Origin: the human T2T-CHM13v2.0 reference genome, Homo sapiens
DNA: 64,000 nt
Assembly (NCBI RefSeq): GCF_009914755.1
Contig: NC_060925.1
Strand: one strand, 5' to 3'
In this document: positions 31,656 to 46,400 of the stretch, piece by piece
Layout of the letters: every line of letters begins with the position of its first letter
Numbering within the stretch: position 1 is the first letter of the stretch
The notes under the pieces: model-generated
Seen by the model: the letters and a program-made list of their open reading frames with translations, nothing else
Database searches by the model: none
What the model was told of the DNA's origin: nothing
Program-made: the position numbers and the translations under genes

Positions 31656-32736
31656 TGGTAATACCCAGTGATTTGCACAGGAATGTTCATAATAGCACTA
31701 CTTATAATAGCAAAAAACAAAGTGGGGACAATCAAAATGCCAATCGAGAATGAATAAATTGTGGCACATTCCCACTATGGAATGCTATGCAACAATGAAA
31801 AACAATGATTGCTACATGCAACAACATGGAAGAATCTCATAGGCAATGTTCAGTGAAAGAATGGAAAACTCACTCTAGGTATAACATAGTGTGGATAGAT
31901 ATTGTTAATAGTGTTGAGTCTAAAAGCAAGTCCTCGCAGTTCTACTCCTGCCTACATACCCAAGAAAAATGAGTGACTATTTTCCCCAAAATACACATAT
32001 AAAAACGTTCACAGCAACTTTAAAACAGCCCAAACCTGGAAATAAGCTAAATGCCCATCAGTTGGAGAATGGATAAATAAATTATGATATATTCATACGC
32101 TGATATATTTCATAACAATGAAAATAATAATTGGTACATGAAACAACTTTGATTAATATCATAGACACAATCCTTGGTGAAAGAAGCCAGAAGGTTAAGC
32201 CGTTGTCAACTGGGAGGGAGTATGAAGAGCTGGGTGGGTTTTGGAAATGTGTTATATTCTGATCTGGATGATAATTATGGAGGTATATACATCTATACAA
32301 ACTTATTGTGCTGAATGTGTAGGATTTATGTACTTTACTGTAGTTTATACCTTAATGAGAAAATTTTAAGAAGTTCCAGAAGACAAAATGGAATTTCCTT
32401 TTTATAAAGTTCAAAAATGAGAGCTACTAAACAATAATATTCACATGTGATAAAACCAGGAAGGAGGGAGCTGAGGGGGAGAGAACATAAAATTCAAGAC
32501 GATGGTTACCTCCAAGGGGAGCATAGGAGAGGAACACCAGCTAGTTCTTGGGTTGGATGGCAGTTTTATTAGTGTTACTCTATTGAAAAATAAAGTAATT
32601 GGTTTAAAATAAATATAGGCAGCCCAGGCATGAGCCAGTGATGCCAGCGGATCATGAACCAAGGGTTATCATTAATCCAGTTTTTCATACCTGAGGTCGT
32701 TTTTATAACACAAATACCTGTCCACTGATTATTTAC

Positions 32737-32891
32737 CTGATAACACTTCCCAAATTGGTTAAACTTAAGTTAACGCACGATCCTTCCCTCAGTCTGTCTC
32801 CTTCAGATCCTGAAGATTTCTGCCTCTCACTTCTTGCCAGGTCCACCAAATTAATACTGGATTGTTTGGTGAGATCTCTGTCTAGGAAAAC
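32737..32891 (-). pseudogene. KIF28P: Exon w5, switch II exon (VFLDRD...[12 protein letters not shown]...[12 protein letters not shown])
   Basis: ttttctccag acceptor, AG/GTAAAT donor, 155 nt (phase 0 to 2). Confidence 0.92.
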
Positions 32892-32973
32892 CTGGAGAAA
32901 AGCGTCACAGGTGATGCCACAGTATTAGGGACGTGGCAGGCTGCATGGGCAGGCACTCCCCTTGACATGTTAA

Positions 32974-33312
<339 letters not shown>

Positions 33313-34360
33313 TGAAAAAACATAAAATCTGCAACATAAAATGCCATTCTCTACAATGACGTTTACAATAAAATGTCTGTCTCCTCTTCCCAATTCTGTA
33401 AATCTCCTTTCCAATAAGACAGTAGATACCAATTAGTGCTCCATTATTTCTACGATCAATACATTCTTAAAATATAAGACTATGAAATCTGCAAAATAAG
33501 TAGATGTTCAGGACTGTGTGGTCATGTGGAAAGAACACCTACTTCGGAATCCTATGGATTCCTTTGCTGGCTCCATGACTATGCGCAAATGACTTACCTT
33601 TTCAGAGTTTCAACTTTCACAGTGGTAAACCAGTGATAGAAACACATTCCTGAGATGTTATGAGGGTTAAAGATCGTAGAGGTAATGGTTCTAGCACATG
33701 CCTGGCATACAATATCAGGTGTTAATATCACTACTGACCCCAATAAACAGAGTACGGTGCTAGCTCTCTTCTCTTGTCACTCCTTTTTTCCTAGCTATTT
33801 CTTCACTTGCCTCTAAAATATCAAGTTAAAAAACCAGCAGGACAAACCATATATAAAGTTGATGAATTGTACTAACATTGTGAAATCAAGTGACTAGTAC
33901 TTAAAAGTTTACAAAGTTCCTTAAAATGCACTATCTTATTCAAGCTTCCTGACGTTACTGCAAGGACAGTGTCTCGTCTCGTCTTACAGAAGAGGAAACT
34001 GAGGCTCAGAGGCTATTTCCCAAAGTCTTAGAGCTGGTGAACAGAGGCATCCAGACTTCAACACAGTCCCGTGTTTTCCCCTTATTCCTGCATAGAACGG
34101 GATTCTTTTCATTGATTACTGTTCTATTACTGGTACTATGACTTATGGGACAGAGGTGGTAGGATCATAGCTACGTGTAACATTGACCCAGGATTTGTGA
34201 ATAGCCATTTCTAGATCAAATTGGTGGCACTGTAGCGATCACTCTCTGATGTCCACCAAGGTACTGGTATGGAGAATCAAAGTGTGCTCTAGTTGATCTA
34301 AGATTCTAGTTAGTGGAATGCTATATGCATTGCTTGGTTCCAAAGAACTTATCTTGGTGC

Positions 34361-34657
<297 letters not shown>

Positions 34658-35064
34658 CTTGGTGCATCCACACATGGAAAGGGTACTTCAGTACCTGGTG
34701 GTCCTCAGGCTCGTGGGTCTGAAGGCTGGTCTCATGGTGGTAATGTACAGATGTGCTGCTGATACAGTTCTCCAGGATAAACCATGGAGACACTCTCATA
34801 CCTTCACAATTTGCTCCTTGATCAAACTGAGGTCAAAGCTTATTCCTCCAAGCACCGGAATATACTTGAGGGAAAACAGCTCTTACTCCTGTGGGCACTT
34901 TGGGCCTCTGGTAGGCTCACTTAGGCTGGGTGGGGTGTGACCATTGAAGTGGGAGGGAGGCAGGAGAAGGGCACACACATCCCCTTTTCCTGTTTCTGGC
35001 TCTATATGCTGTGGTTGGAAAAGCCACCTTCATCCATAGGTCAAATCTGCAGGATCCTATAATA

Positions 35065-35295
35065 CCCACCAGCCCATTATGCCAGGGGGAACCTTCCACG
35101 GAGCAGCCTTGTGTGGAGATCCCACCAAGGGGAGCCTTCTGCAGGGGGAGCCTTCTGCAGAGCGGCCTTGTGTGGAGATCCCACCAGGGGGAGCCTCCCG
35201 CAGGGGGAGCCTTTCACAGAGCGGCCTTGTGTGGAGATCCCACCAGCCCATTATACCAGGGGTAGCCTTCTGCAGAGTGGCCTTGTCTGGAGATC
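35065..35295. repeat. ~59-bp tandem repeat, about 4 copies, just inside the intron after w4
   Basis: ccttgt(g/c)tggagatc at 35107, 35166, 35225 and 35281. Confidence 0.85.
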
Positions 35296-35323
35296 GGGAC
35301 AGTGGCATCCACTCAGCTCTCAC

Positions 35324-35548
35324 CTGCTTGAACTGGATGGTGATGACCAAGTGAGACCGGCTGCTGCTGGCATTCATGTTGGTGGAAGCTGTGGTCCTTA
35401 TTTTTGTTCCTTGTTCCATCAGCCTTTCAATTTGGGCATAGTTCTCACAGGGCACCGACTTCAGGCCTTCCACGTAAAATCCCAGCTGTTGATCTTCCCT
35501 TATTCTAAGCCCACCAGGTTTTTTGGTTCTGGACAGTAAATCTCTTAT
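35324..35548 (-). pseudogene. KIF28P: Exon w4, switch I exon (IRDLLS...NASSSRSHLVITIQFKQ)
   Basis: ttttctatag acceptor, CAG/GTGAGA donor, 225 nt open. Confidence 0.93.
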
Positions 35549-35705
35549 CTATAGAAAATAGAACAAATAATATAAACTTCAGGGAGGCAGGGATTGTTGT
35601 TTACTTCACTGCTGTATCTCTGCCTATATAGATGCTCAATAATAGTTATTGGATGAATGGATAAATTTCTGTAGGTATTTCATAATTTAGCAAAGTAAGA
35701 AATAG

Positions 35706-36080
<375 letters not shown>

Positions 36081-36704
36081 TAAAAAAATATATATATATT
36101 ATCTTTTAGAAATACAGTTTTATTGTTGTCAGGTATATATCTAGACCACTCCAACCAGACTGAGTTCCCTAAGGGTGGGTGTCTTTTTACCAGTGGATCC
36201 TCACAGTTCCTGACGCAGAGCACGCACTATGCTCATTGCATGCACAGTGCAACTGGAGCTGGGCTAACACCTGACACTTAGTTCACTGCACCGGGGGGGC
36301 CGGGGAAGCTGTCTTTGCAGCGTGATGAGGCATGTGAGTAGGTATCCACAGCGGTCTGTCTATAAATAGGTGCTTCTGACGTTTTTGCACTTGAACGCAT
36401 TGTTCTCTTATTAACATAAATATTCTCCTAGCAATCTCGTTAACTCTATTTCATTAGCAACTCCTTTGCAGATAATAGAAAAATAAACCACCATGGCCTC
36501 TTTCTAAATTCTGTATTACAAAGTAATGAAGTCTTACTTTACTGAGAACAGTGATAAATAATAAAAATAATTAGAAGTTAGTAATGTTCAAAGTACCTAA
36601 TATACGCAGAAGACACATTCTGCCTAGGTTAAGTCATGGCACAACAAATACCACTGCCCTGAGATCTCTACTTCCAAGGGAAACTTAGTCTCAACAATAT
36701 TTGT

Positions 36705-37057
<353 letters not shown>

Positions 37058-37680
37058 TTAGGCTTTTATTATGGGAGGTTTGTGTGATGATGCTTACACC
37101 AGGGCCTTAGGACAATTCCCATGTCCCCTTGCTCTCAAAAAAGCCATGGTGAGAAGGCCAAGTAGAGTCATGCTGGGGTCCCGGCAGAGTCGGAGCAGTC
37201 TGTGTTACGTGGTGCAGAGCAACCCGGGCTGAGAATCAGACCTGGCTTCTTAGTCCCGGTTCTGCCTCCAACATGTGAGACCTTTGGAGAGTCTCTGACA
37301 TTCCCAGTGTTCTCCTTCTAGGAGGACAGATTAAATGATCTCTAAGCTCTCCCCGAGCTCGAGCTTCTGTGGCTTTAATTCCTAGAGTCCAGCCAAGATT
37401 GCAGATTGAAGTTTGGGGGAAGCAAAATTAGGATAACAGACATAAGGTGCCGGAGATAAAACATCAAAATGGGGACAACTGCTGCCTTAGCTAGGAAGCC
37501 TTTCTGTAATTTCCCCTGAGTGATAGAAATGATAGGAAGTGGCATCTCAGACTGAAGATATGACTGAATAAGGCTTATTAGAAAAAAGGCAAGTAGGTTT
37601 ATCTGGATGGAATGAAGTACAGGGACTTGCTGCTGGCAGCAGCACCCTCCAAGTTATGCCTGGAGATCAAGAGTGACAAT

Positions 37681-37990
37681 GGGCCGGGTACGGTGGCTCC
37701 TGCCTGTAATCCTTTGGGAGGCCAAGGCAGGAAGATTACCTGAGGCCAGGAGTTCGAGGCCAGCCTGGTCAACACAGTGACACCCAGTCTCCACAAATTG
37801 TTTTTTTTTTTTTTTTTTAATTAGCTGGGCATGGTAGTGTGCACCTGTAGCTCCAGCTACTTGGAGGCTGAGGTAGGAGGATCACTCAAGCCCAGGAGTT
37901 TAAGGTTACAGTGAGTTATGATCATGCCACTGTACTCCAGCCTGAGCAACAGAGACCTTGTTTCAAAAAGGAAAGAAAGGGAAAAAAAGA
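37681..37990 (+). mobile_element. AluJ with T-rich linker
   Basis: Dimer whose middle linker is a poly-T run. Confidence 0.8.
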
Positions 37991-38475
37991 TCACCAGAAC
38001 CTCGTCCCTCACCTGGGCTATGGAGAGCCTCCTAACCCCTGCTCTGCCCTATCTGGTACTCCTTCAAGTACAGCTTCACTCTGCCCCTGGAGAAATACCT
38101 GAAACACTGATCTGATTATTTTACTCCCCCGTTCGGAAGCCTTGCTTGGTTCTCCGTTGCCTGCTCATTAAAGGACTTTCCTTCTTGGCAGCCATCTTTG
38201 GCTTCATCCCCCGATGCTCCCCCTACCCTCAGCGACCACATACCCCCTCCCCCCACACAGGGCACTCACCTGACCCACAAATGCTAACTCTCACGTGTTA
38301 ATGATTTAAAATACCTATCCTGCTGCCTGAAGTGCTGCTATTTCTATTTGCACCTTGCACCCTCGCTTCTTTGCCTCACCAAACTCATGACCCTGTTTCA
38401 AGGCCCAGCCTAACTCCTCTGCGAACAACACGGAACAGTCCTGGTGGTATTAGCTCTATCCCCGCTTCCAGGCCA

Positions 38476-38531
38476 CGGTCTCGGTGCCACTCCTGCGCAC
38501 ACCTCGGTCTCGGTGCCACTCCTGCGCACAC
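38476..38531. repeat. 29-bp tandem duplication
   Basis: cggtctcggtgccactcctgcgcacac twice. Confidence 0.85.
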
Positions 38532-38724
38532 GTAACATTGTGTCACTTTCTGCAGTGAGTGCTGCATCCTCCACTAAGCTGCTCCAGGGCAGGAATCAAG
38601 TGTTAGGTTTTATTCATCCTCAGAGTCTAGCATTCTGTCTAAAACATGAAGAATATTTAACAGACCTTATTTAATTGACTGCTGAAAGAACTGATGGAAA
38701 AAGGAGGTCTGAAAAGGATCTTAG

Positions 38725-39478
<754 letters not shown>

Positions 39479-39596
39479 CCGATTCTCTTACTCAGAGATA
39501 AGAAAGCAGAATTCCAGAGAGATTATCATCATGAGTGGGTGTCAGCAGGTGGACCATGATAAGATGTCCTTCCCCCCGTTCTTCCCCATGAGAACC

Positions 39597-39684
39597 CGGT
39601 AGTAAAGGGAGTGAGGTCCAGGGCTTCGGTAGTAAAGGGAGTGAGGTCCAGGGCTTCGGCAGTAAAGGGAGTGAGGTCCAGGGC
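39597..39684. repeat. 30-bp tandem repeat, 3 copies
   Basis: cgg(t/c)agtaaagggagtgaggtccagggctt. Confidence 0.92.
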
Positions 39685-40137
39685 GTTGGATAGTTTCTGG
39701 GGTTCCACTGAAACTATTAGCATATGGCCTCTGACCATAAGAAATCTACAATTACAGGTACATTTGTCAATTTATCCATTCAGCAAACATCTAGGAAGCA
39801 CCCATTCTAGACTAAATATTGCATAAGCCTTGCAGATGAAACAGTATTCAAAAGGAAATCATTATTTGGAAATCACATACAGCTATGTAAATAAAATTTT
39901 ACAGTACAATGTAATAAGTGCAAGGGGAAAGGGCAGAATGAAAAAAAATGCTGAAGATCCAGCTTTGGATAGGCAGTGTTAGACATTTAAAAATTGAGTA
40001 CATCTTCAGATGTAGCGTCTTATTTTAAATTCTCCTTACGCAAATGCGAACTGAGCTCTGAGATGAAATGAGTTTCCAAAGTCACACGGCGAGTACACAG
40101 GAGAGGTGGGCTTGGAAAAGATCCTCTTCCGACTCTC

Positions 40138-40461
40138 CAGGAGCTGGTGAACCACAGCCTGTGAGCCGAATTCAGCCCACCGCCTGCTTTTGACCCTTGA
40201 GCTCTGAGTATTCTTCACGTTTTTAAATGGCTGAAACAAATGTACTATTTTGTGACATATGAAAATGATGTAACATTCAAATTTAGTGTCTATAAGTAAA
40301 GTTTCTTTGATACACAGTCAGTTGCACCTTCTCGTGTCTCGTCTACGGCTTCTCTTGAACTATGACAGCAGAGTTGAGTGCCTGCAGCAGGGACAGTGTG
40401 GCCCCCAAAGCCTGAACTATTGACTACCTGGCCCTCCTCGGGTAAAGTTTGCCAATCCCTG
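40138..40461 (+). mobile_element. MER58(B)-like hAT element
   Basis: gcagagttgagt...gtggcccccaaagcctgaactattgactacctggccct...aaagtttgccaatccctg. Confidence 0.7.
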
Positions 40462-40789
40462 TACAGTGTCATGCCGACTGAAGCTACCTGCTTCAGGGCG
40501 AGGTGCTGACCTTGAGCTGGATGTTTAGTGGTGTCTTTAAGGACAGAGAAGGCAGAAACGGTGCTCCAGGCCGAGAAAGGATAGATGCGAGAAAGGGGAA
40601 CGTGCTCTGGAAAGGAGGAACGGTTCCGTGTGTGAAGAGAAGGGGACGTTGATGAAGTTGGAGAGGTAGGTGGGGCTGGGTGGTTGAGGCCGGGCCAGAG
40701 TTTACAGGCAGGACAGGTGACCGTGAGTCCCAGAGGTTCACTGAGCTTCAGAGTCGCCCAGATTTGCATGTCAGAAACATCTCTATTAC

Positions 40790-40825
40790 CTATTCCTTGT
40801 AAATTTCTAGCATACTGAACATAAC
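40790..40825 (-). pseudogene. KIF28P: Exon w3, 36-nt exon VMFSMLEIYKE* ending in TAG
   Basis: ctcttctccatacag acceptor, TAG/GTAATA donor; matches the kinesin S(Y/M)LEIYNE motif and joins IRDLL in w4. Confidence 0.88.
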
Positions 40826-40982
40826 CTGTATGGAGAAGAGCATACAAAGTAAATATTCTCTCAAAACAGTTATTTTGGGGGCAGAGAAGTGATAGGGAAA
40901 CAACATAAATGTTGAATAATGGGGAAAAAGCTGATACTAAATAAAGCAAAGTTCTGTTTCAATGTGCAATATGAGGTTCTCA

Positions 40983-41528
<546 letters not shown>

Positions 41529-41834
41529 TCAAGTACTGGCGTTTTCCCACCTCCCCCAAGAAAAAGCTGGCTTGCCTGTGGGTCACCCCGCAGTAAGTCT
41601 TGCTTGTCAGGCCGTGCAGCCACAGAGCTTCCTGTTAGCTTCTGTGTGTTTCATGTTTTTTATTTTTATTTTCTATGTGTAATATATCCATGTAAGAGTG
41701 TCTCATGTTTAAAAATGAGCAAAGGGCCAAGCATTAGCAGACAGAGAAAGCCTCCAATATGAGAGAGGGGTCAAAGCAAACAAGTAGAAAGAAGGAACTC
41801 AGAAAACAGACTGAGAGAGTAAAAGGCAATGAAT

Positions 41835-42145
41835 TTTTCTTTCTTTTCTTTTCTTTTATTTTTTTTAAGACAAGGTTCTGCTGTCGCCCAGGCTGGAAAT
41901 GCAGTGGTACGACCTCAGCTCACTGTAGCCTCAACCGCTGGGCTCAAGCCATTCTCCTGCCTCAGCCTCTCGAGTGGCTGGGACTACAGGATCACGCCAC
42001 CACGCCCAGCCAACTTTCGTATTTTTAGTAGAGGCGGGATTTTGTCGTCTTGCTCAGGCGGGTCTTGAACTCCTAGCCTCAAGTGATATGCCCCCCTCGT
42101 CCTCTCAAAGTGCTGGGATTACAGGCATGAGCCACCGTGCTCAGC
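41835..42145 (-). mobile_element. AluJ
   Basis: Diverged reverse dimer. Confidence 0.85.
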
Positions 42146-42149
42146 ATAG

Positions 42150-43484
42150 AAATATTTTTTAAAGCCCTAGAAGTAATAGCCTCAAAGAAAGAATGATACC
42201 CAGTTATACCCATGGAAAAAAAGAGCATTTTACTTAAAAGAACAGCTGGAGAATAAAATAAAGTGCTTGTAAATTAAATTTATGAATGACAGCCGAAATA
42301 AAAATGCAGGAAAGTTATAATATCATTCAGGGAATCTTCTAGAATGCAGAATAAAAAAGACCAGTGGTGGCTGACACTTGGAATTCCAGCTACTTGACAG
42401 GCTGATGCCAGGAGGATCCCTTGATCTCAGGAGTTCAAGACAAGCCTGGGCAACAGAGTGAGGCTCCATCTCTTTCAGAAAAGAAAAGACCAAGAAATAC
42501 AAGATAGGTTGTAAAAGATCATAAAATTAGAACATTAGTACAAGAGGCCCAAAATCCAATTAGTAGGAATTTCAGAAAGGGAAAACAAGAAATACAGGAG
42601 ATGAAATAATAAATAATATAAGAAAAGTTTCCCAGAACTGAAGGACAGGAATCTCCAGATTGAAAAAGGTCTACCAAGTGTCCAGCATGATAAATGAAAA
42701 AAGAATCATTAAGACATCAGAACATCAAGGATAATGAGAAGACCCTGAAGGCTGCGAGAGATAAACTGACTGTCAAAAAAGGTTGCATACAAAGAACCGG
42801 GGGTCAGAATGGTAGCCAACTTCCCAGCTGCAACACTAGAACTTAAAATATAACGGAGACCTTCAATATTCTCAGAATTCCATTCCTGGTAAATGTCAAT
42901 CACGTGTGGAGGTACGAAAAGATATTTTCAGTTGTGCAAAGGATGAACCAAAAAGTACTCTGGATGCACCTTTTCTGAGGAAATTGCAGCAAAAAGAGAG
43001 TAAATCAAGAAAGAAGAATACATTGGATCCAGGAGTCAGGGGAGCCAACGAAGATGAAGGTTGAAGTCAAGTTCCAGAATGACAGTGTTGAGGTAGCCCT
43101 GTAGAAACAGTACCCCAAATTGTGCCAATAGAATTAATAAAATTGTAGTAGGAGAATTGAGGACTCCTGCTGAGGGAGACCCCAAAAATCATGGTACCAG
43201 CACGTTTGAGTGTATGGAGATTTGTCAATAGGCATGTGACAGTGATTTGGAGCACTTAGAAAGATTTATAGAAAAGTAAACCTAATTAAAATGGCAATTA
43301 AAAATTCCAAGAAAAATAAAATGTGGAAAGGACGTATGCATTATCTGCTGCAGCAGTGAACAATACTTGTGCAGTTAAACTGTTAACAATTAAATCCTGA
43401 GGCAGAAACTGTTAAGAAAAAATAATAAGATGTTAACAATTATTGATTTAACCAAATGTTATAATAAGCATTGTCCTAAATGTA
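42150..43484 (+). mobile_element. HAL1/L1M-like ancient LINE; appears to resume at about 48290-48515 after the minisatellite
   Basis: aagtttcccagaactgaaggac...ctccagattgaaa; ggatccaggagtcaggggagccaac; right flank gagttaaattctcttctacca. Confidence 0.55.
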
Positions 43485-46400
43485 GGGAGTATATGGGGGG
43501 AACGTATTGTGGTTGGGGAGTATGGGGGGGAACGTACTGTGGTTGGGGGGTATGGGGGGAACATACTGTGGTTGGGGAGTATGTGGGGGAACATTGTGGT
43601 TTGGGAGTATGGGGGGGAATGTACTGTGATTGGGGAGTATGGGGGGGAATGTGTTGTGGTTGGAAAGTATGGGGGGAACGTACTGTGGTTGGGGAGTATG
43701 GGGGGAAGGTACTGTGGTTGGGGAGTATGGGGGGAAGGTACTGTGGTTGGGGAGTATGGGGGGGAACATACTGTGGTTGGGGAGTATGGGGGGAACGTAC
43801 TGTGGTTCGGGAGTATGGGGGGAACGTACTGTGGTTGGGGAGTATGGGGGGAAGGTACTGTGGTTGGGGAGTATGGGGGGAATGTACTGTGGTTGGGGAG
43901 TATGGGGGGGAAGGTACTGTGGTTGGGGAGTATGGGGGGAACATACTGTGGTTGGGGAGTATGGGGGGAGCGTACTGTGGTTGGGGAGTATGGGGGGAAG
44001 GTACTATGGGGAGTATGGGGGGAAGGTACTGTGGTTGGGGAGTATGGGGGGAAGGTACTATGGGGAGTATGGGGGGAACGTACTGTGGTTGGGGAGTATG
44101 GGGGGGAAGGTACTGTGGTTGGGGAGTATGTGGGGGAACATTGTGGTTTGGGAGTATGGGGGGGAATGTACTGTGATTGGGGAGTATGGGGGGGAATGTG
44201 TTGTGGTTGGAAAGTATGGGGGGAACGTACTGTGGTTGGGGAGTATGGGGGGAAGGTACTGTGGTTGGGGAGTATGGGGGGAAGGTACTGTGGTTGGGGA
44301 GTATGGGGGGGAACATACTGTGGTTGGGGAGTATGGGGGGAACGTACTGTGGTTCGGGAGTATGGGGGGAACGTACTGTGGTTGGGGAGTATGGGGGGAA
44401 GGTACTGTGGTTGGGGAGTATGGGGGGAATGTACTGTGGTTGGGGAGTATGGGGGGGAAGGTACTGTGGTTGGGGAGTATGGGGGGAACATACTGTGGTT
44501 GGGGAGTATGGGGGGAGCGTACTGTGGTTGGGGAGTATGGGGGGAAGGTACTATGGGGAGTATGGGGGGAAGGTACTGTGGTTGGGGAGTATGGGGGGAA
44601 GGTACTATGGGGAGTATGGGGGGAACGTACTGTGGTTGGGGAGTATGGGGGGGAAGGTACTGTGGTTGGGGAGTAGGTGGGGGGAACATACTGTGGTTGG
44701 GGAGTATGGGGGGAGCGTACTGTGGTTGGGGAGTATGGGGGGAAGGTACTGTGGTTGGGGAGTATGGGGGGGAACGTACTGTGGTTGGGGAGTATGGGGG
44801 GAAGGTACTGTGGTTGGGGAGTATGGGGGGAATGTACTGTGGTTGGGGAGTATGGGGGGAAGGTACTGTGGTTGGGGAGTATGGGGGGGAACGTACTGTG
44901 GTTGGGGAGTATGGAGGGAAGGTACTGTGGTTGGGGAGTATGGGGGGAAGGTACTGTGGTTGGGGAGTATGGAGGGAAGGTACTGTGGTTGGGGAGTATG
45001 GGGGGAGCGTACTGTGGTTGGGGAGTATGGGGGGGAAGGTACTGTGGTTGGGGAGTATGGGGGGAACATACTGTGGTTGGGGAGTATGGGGGGAGCGTAC
45101 TGTGGTTGGGGAGTATGGGGGGAAGGTACTGTGGTTGGGGAGTATGGGGGGAACGTACTGTGGTTCGGGAGTATGGGGGGAACGTACTGTGGTTGGGGAG
45201 TATGGGGGGAAGGTACTGTGGTTGGGGAGTATGGGGGGAATGTACTGTGGTTGGGGAGTATGGGGGGGAAGGTACTGTGGTTGGGGAGTATGGGGGGAAC
45301 ATACTGTGGTTGGGGAGTATGGGGGGAGCGTACTGTGGTTGGGGAGTATGGGGGGAAGGTACTATGGGGAGTATGGGGGGAAGGTACTGTGGTTGGGGAG
45401 TATGGGGGGAAGGTACTATGGGGAGTATGGGGGGAACGTACTGTGGTTGGGGAGTATGGGGGGGAAGGTACTGTGGTTGGGGAGTATGTGGGGGAACATT
45501 GTGGTTTGGGAGTATGGGGGGGAATGTACTGTGATTGGGGAGTATGGGGGGGAATGTGTTGTGGTTGGAAAGTATGGGGGGAACGTACTGTGGTTGGGGA
45601 GTATGGGGGGAAGGTACTGTGGTTGGGGAGTATGGGGGGAAGGTACTGTGGTTGGGGAGTATGGGGGGGAACATACTGTGGTTGGGGAGTATGGGGGGAA
45701 CGTACTGTGGTTCGGGAGTATGGGGGGAACGTACTGTGGTTGGGGAGTATGGGGGGAAGGTACTGTGGTTGGGGAGTATGGGGGGAATGTACTGTGGTTG
45801 GGGAGTATGGGGGGGAAGGTACTGTGGTTGGGGAGTATGGGGGGAACATACTGTGGTTGGGGAGTATGGGGGGAGCGTACTGTGGTTGGGGAGTATGGGG
45901 GGAAGGTACTATGGGGAGTATGGGGGGAAGGTACTGTGGTTGGGGAGTATGGGGGGAAGGTACTATGGGGAGTATGGGGGGAACGTACTGTGGTTGGGGA
46001 GTATGGGGGGGAAGGTACTGTGGTTGGGGAGTAGGTGGGGGGAACATACTGTGGTTGGGGAGTATGGGGGGAGCGTACTGTGGTTGGGGAGTATGGGGGG
46101 AAGGTACTGTGGTTGGGGAGTATGGGGGGGAACGTACTGTGGTTGGGGAGTATGGGGGGAAGGTACTGTGGTTGGGGAGTATGGGGGGAATGTACTGTGG
46201 TTGGGGAGTATGGGGGGAAGGTACTGTGGTTGGGGAGTATGGGGGGGAACGTACTGTGGTTGGGGAGTATGGAGGGAAGGTACTGTGGTTGGGGAGTATG
46301 GGGGGAAGGTACTGTGGTTGGGGAGTATGGAGGGAAGGTACTGTGGTTGGGGAGTATGGGGGGAGCGTACTGTGGTTGGGGAGTATGGGGGGGAACGTAC

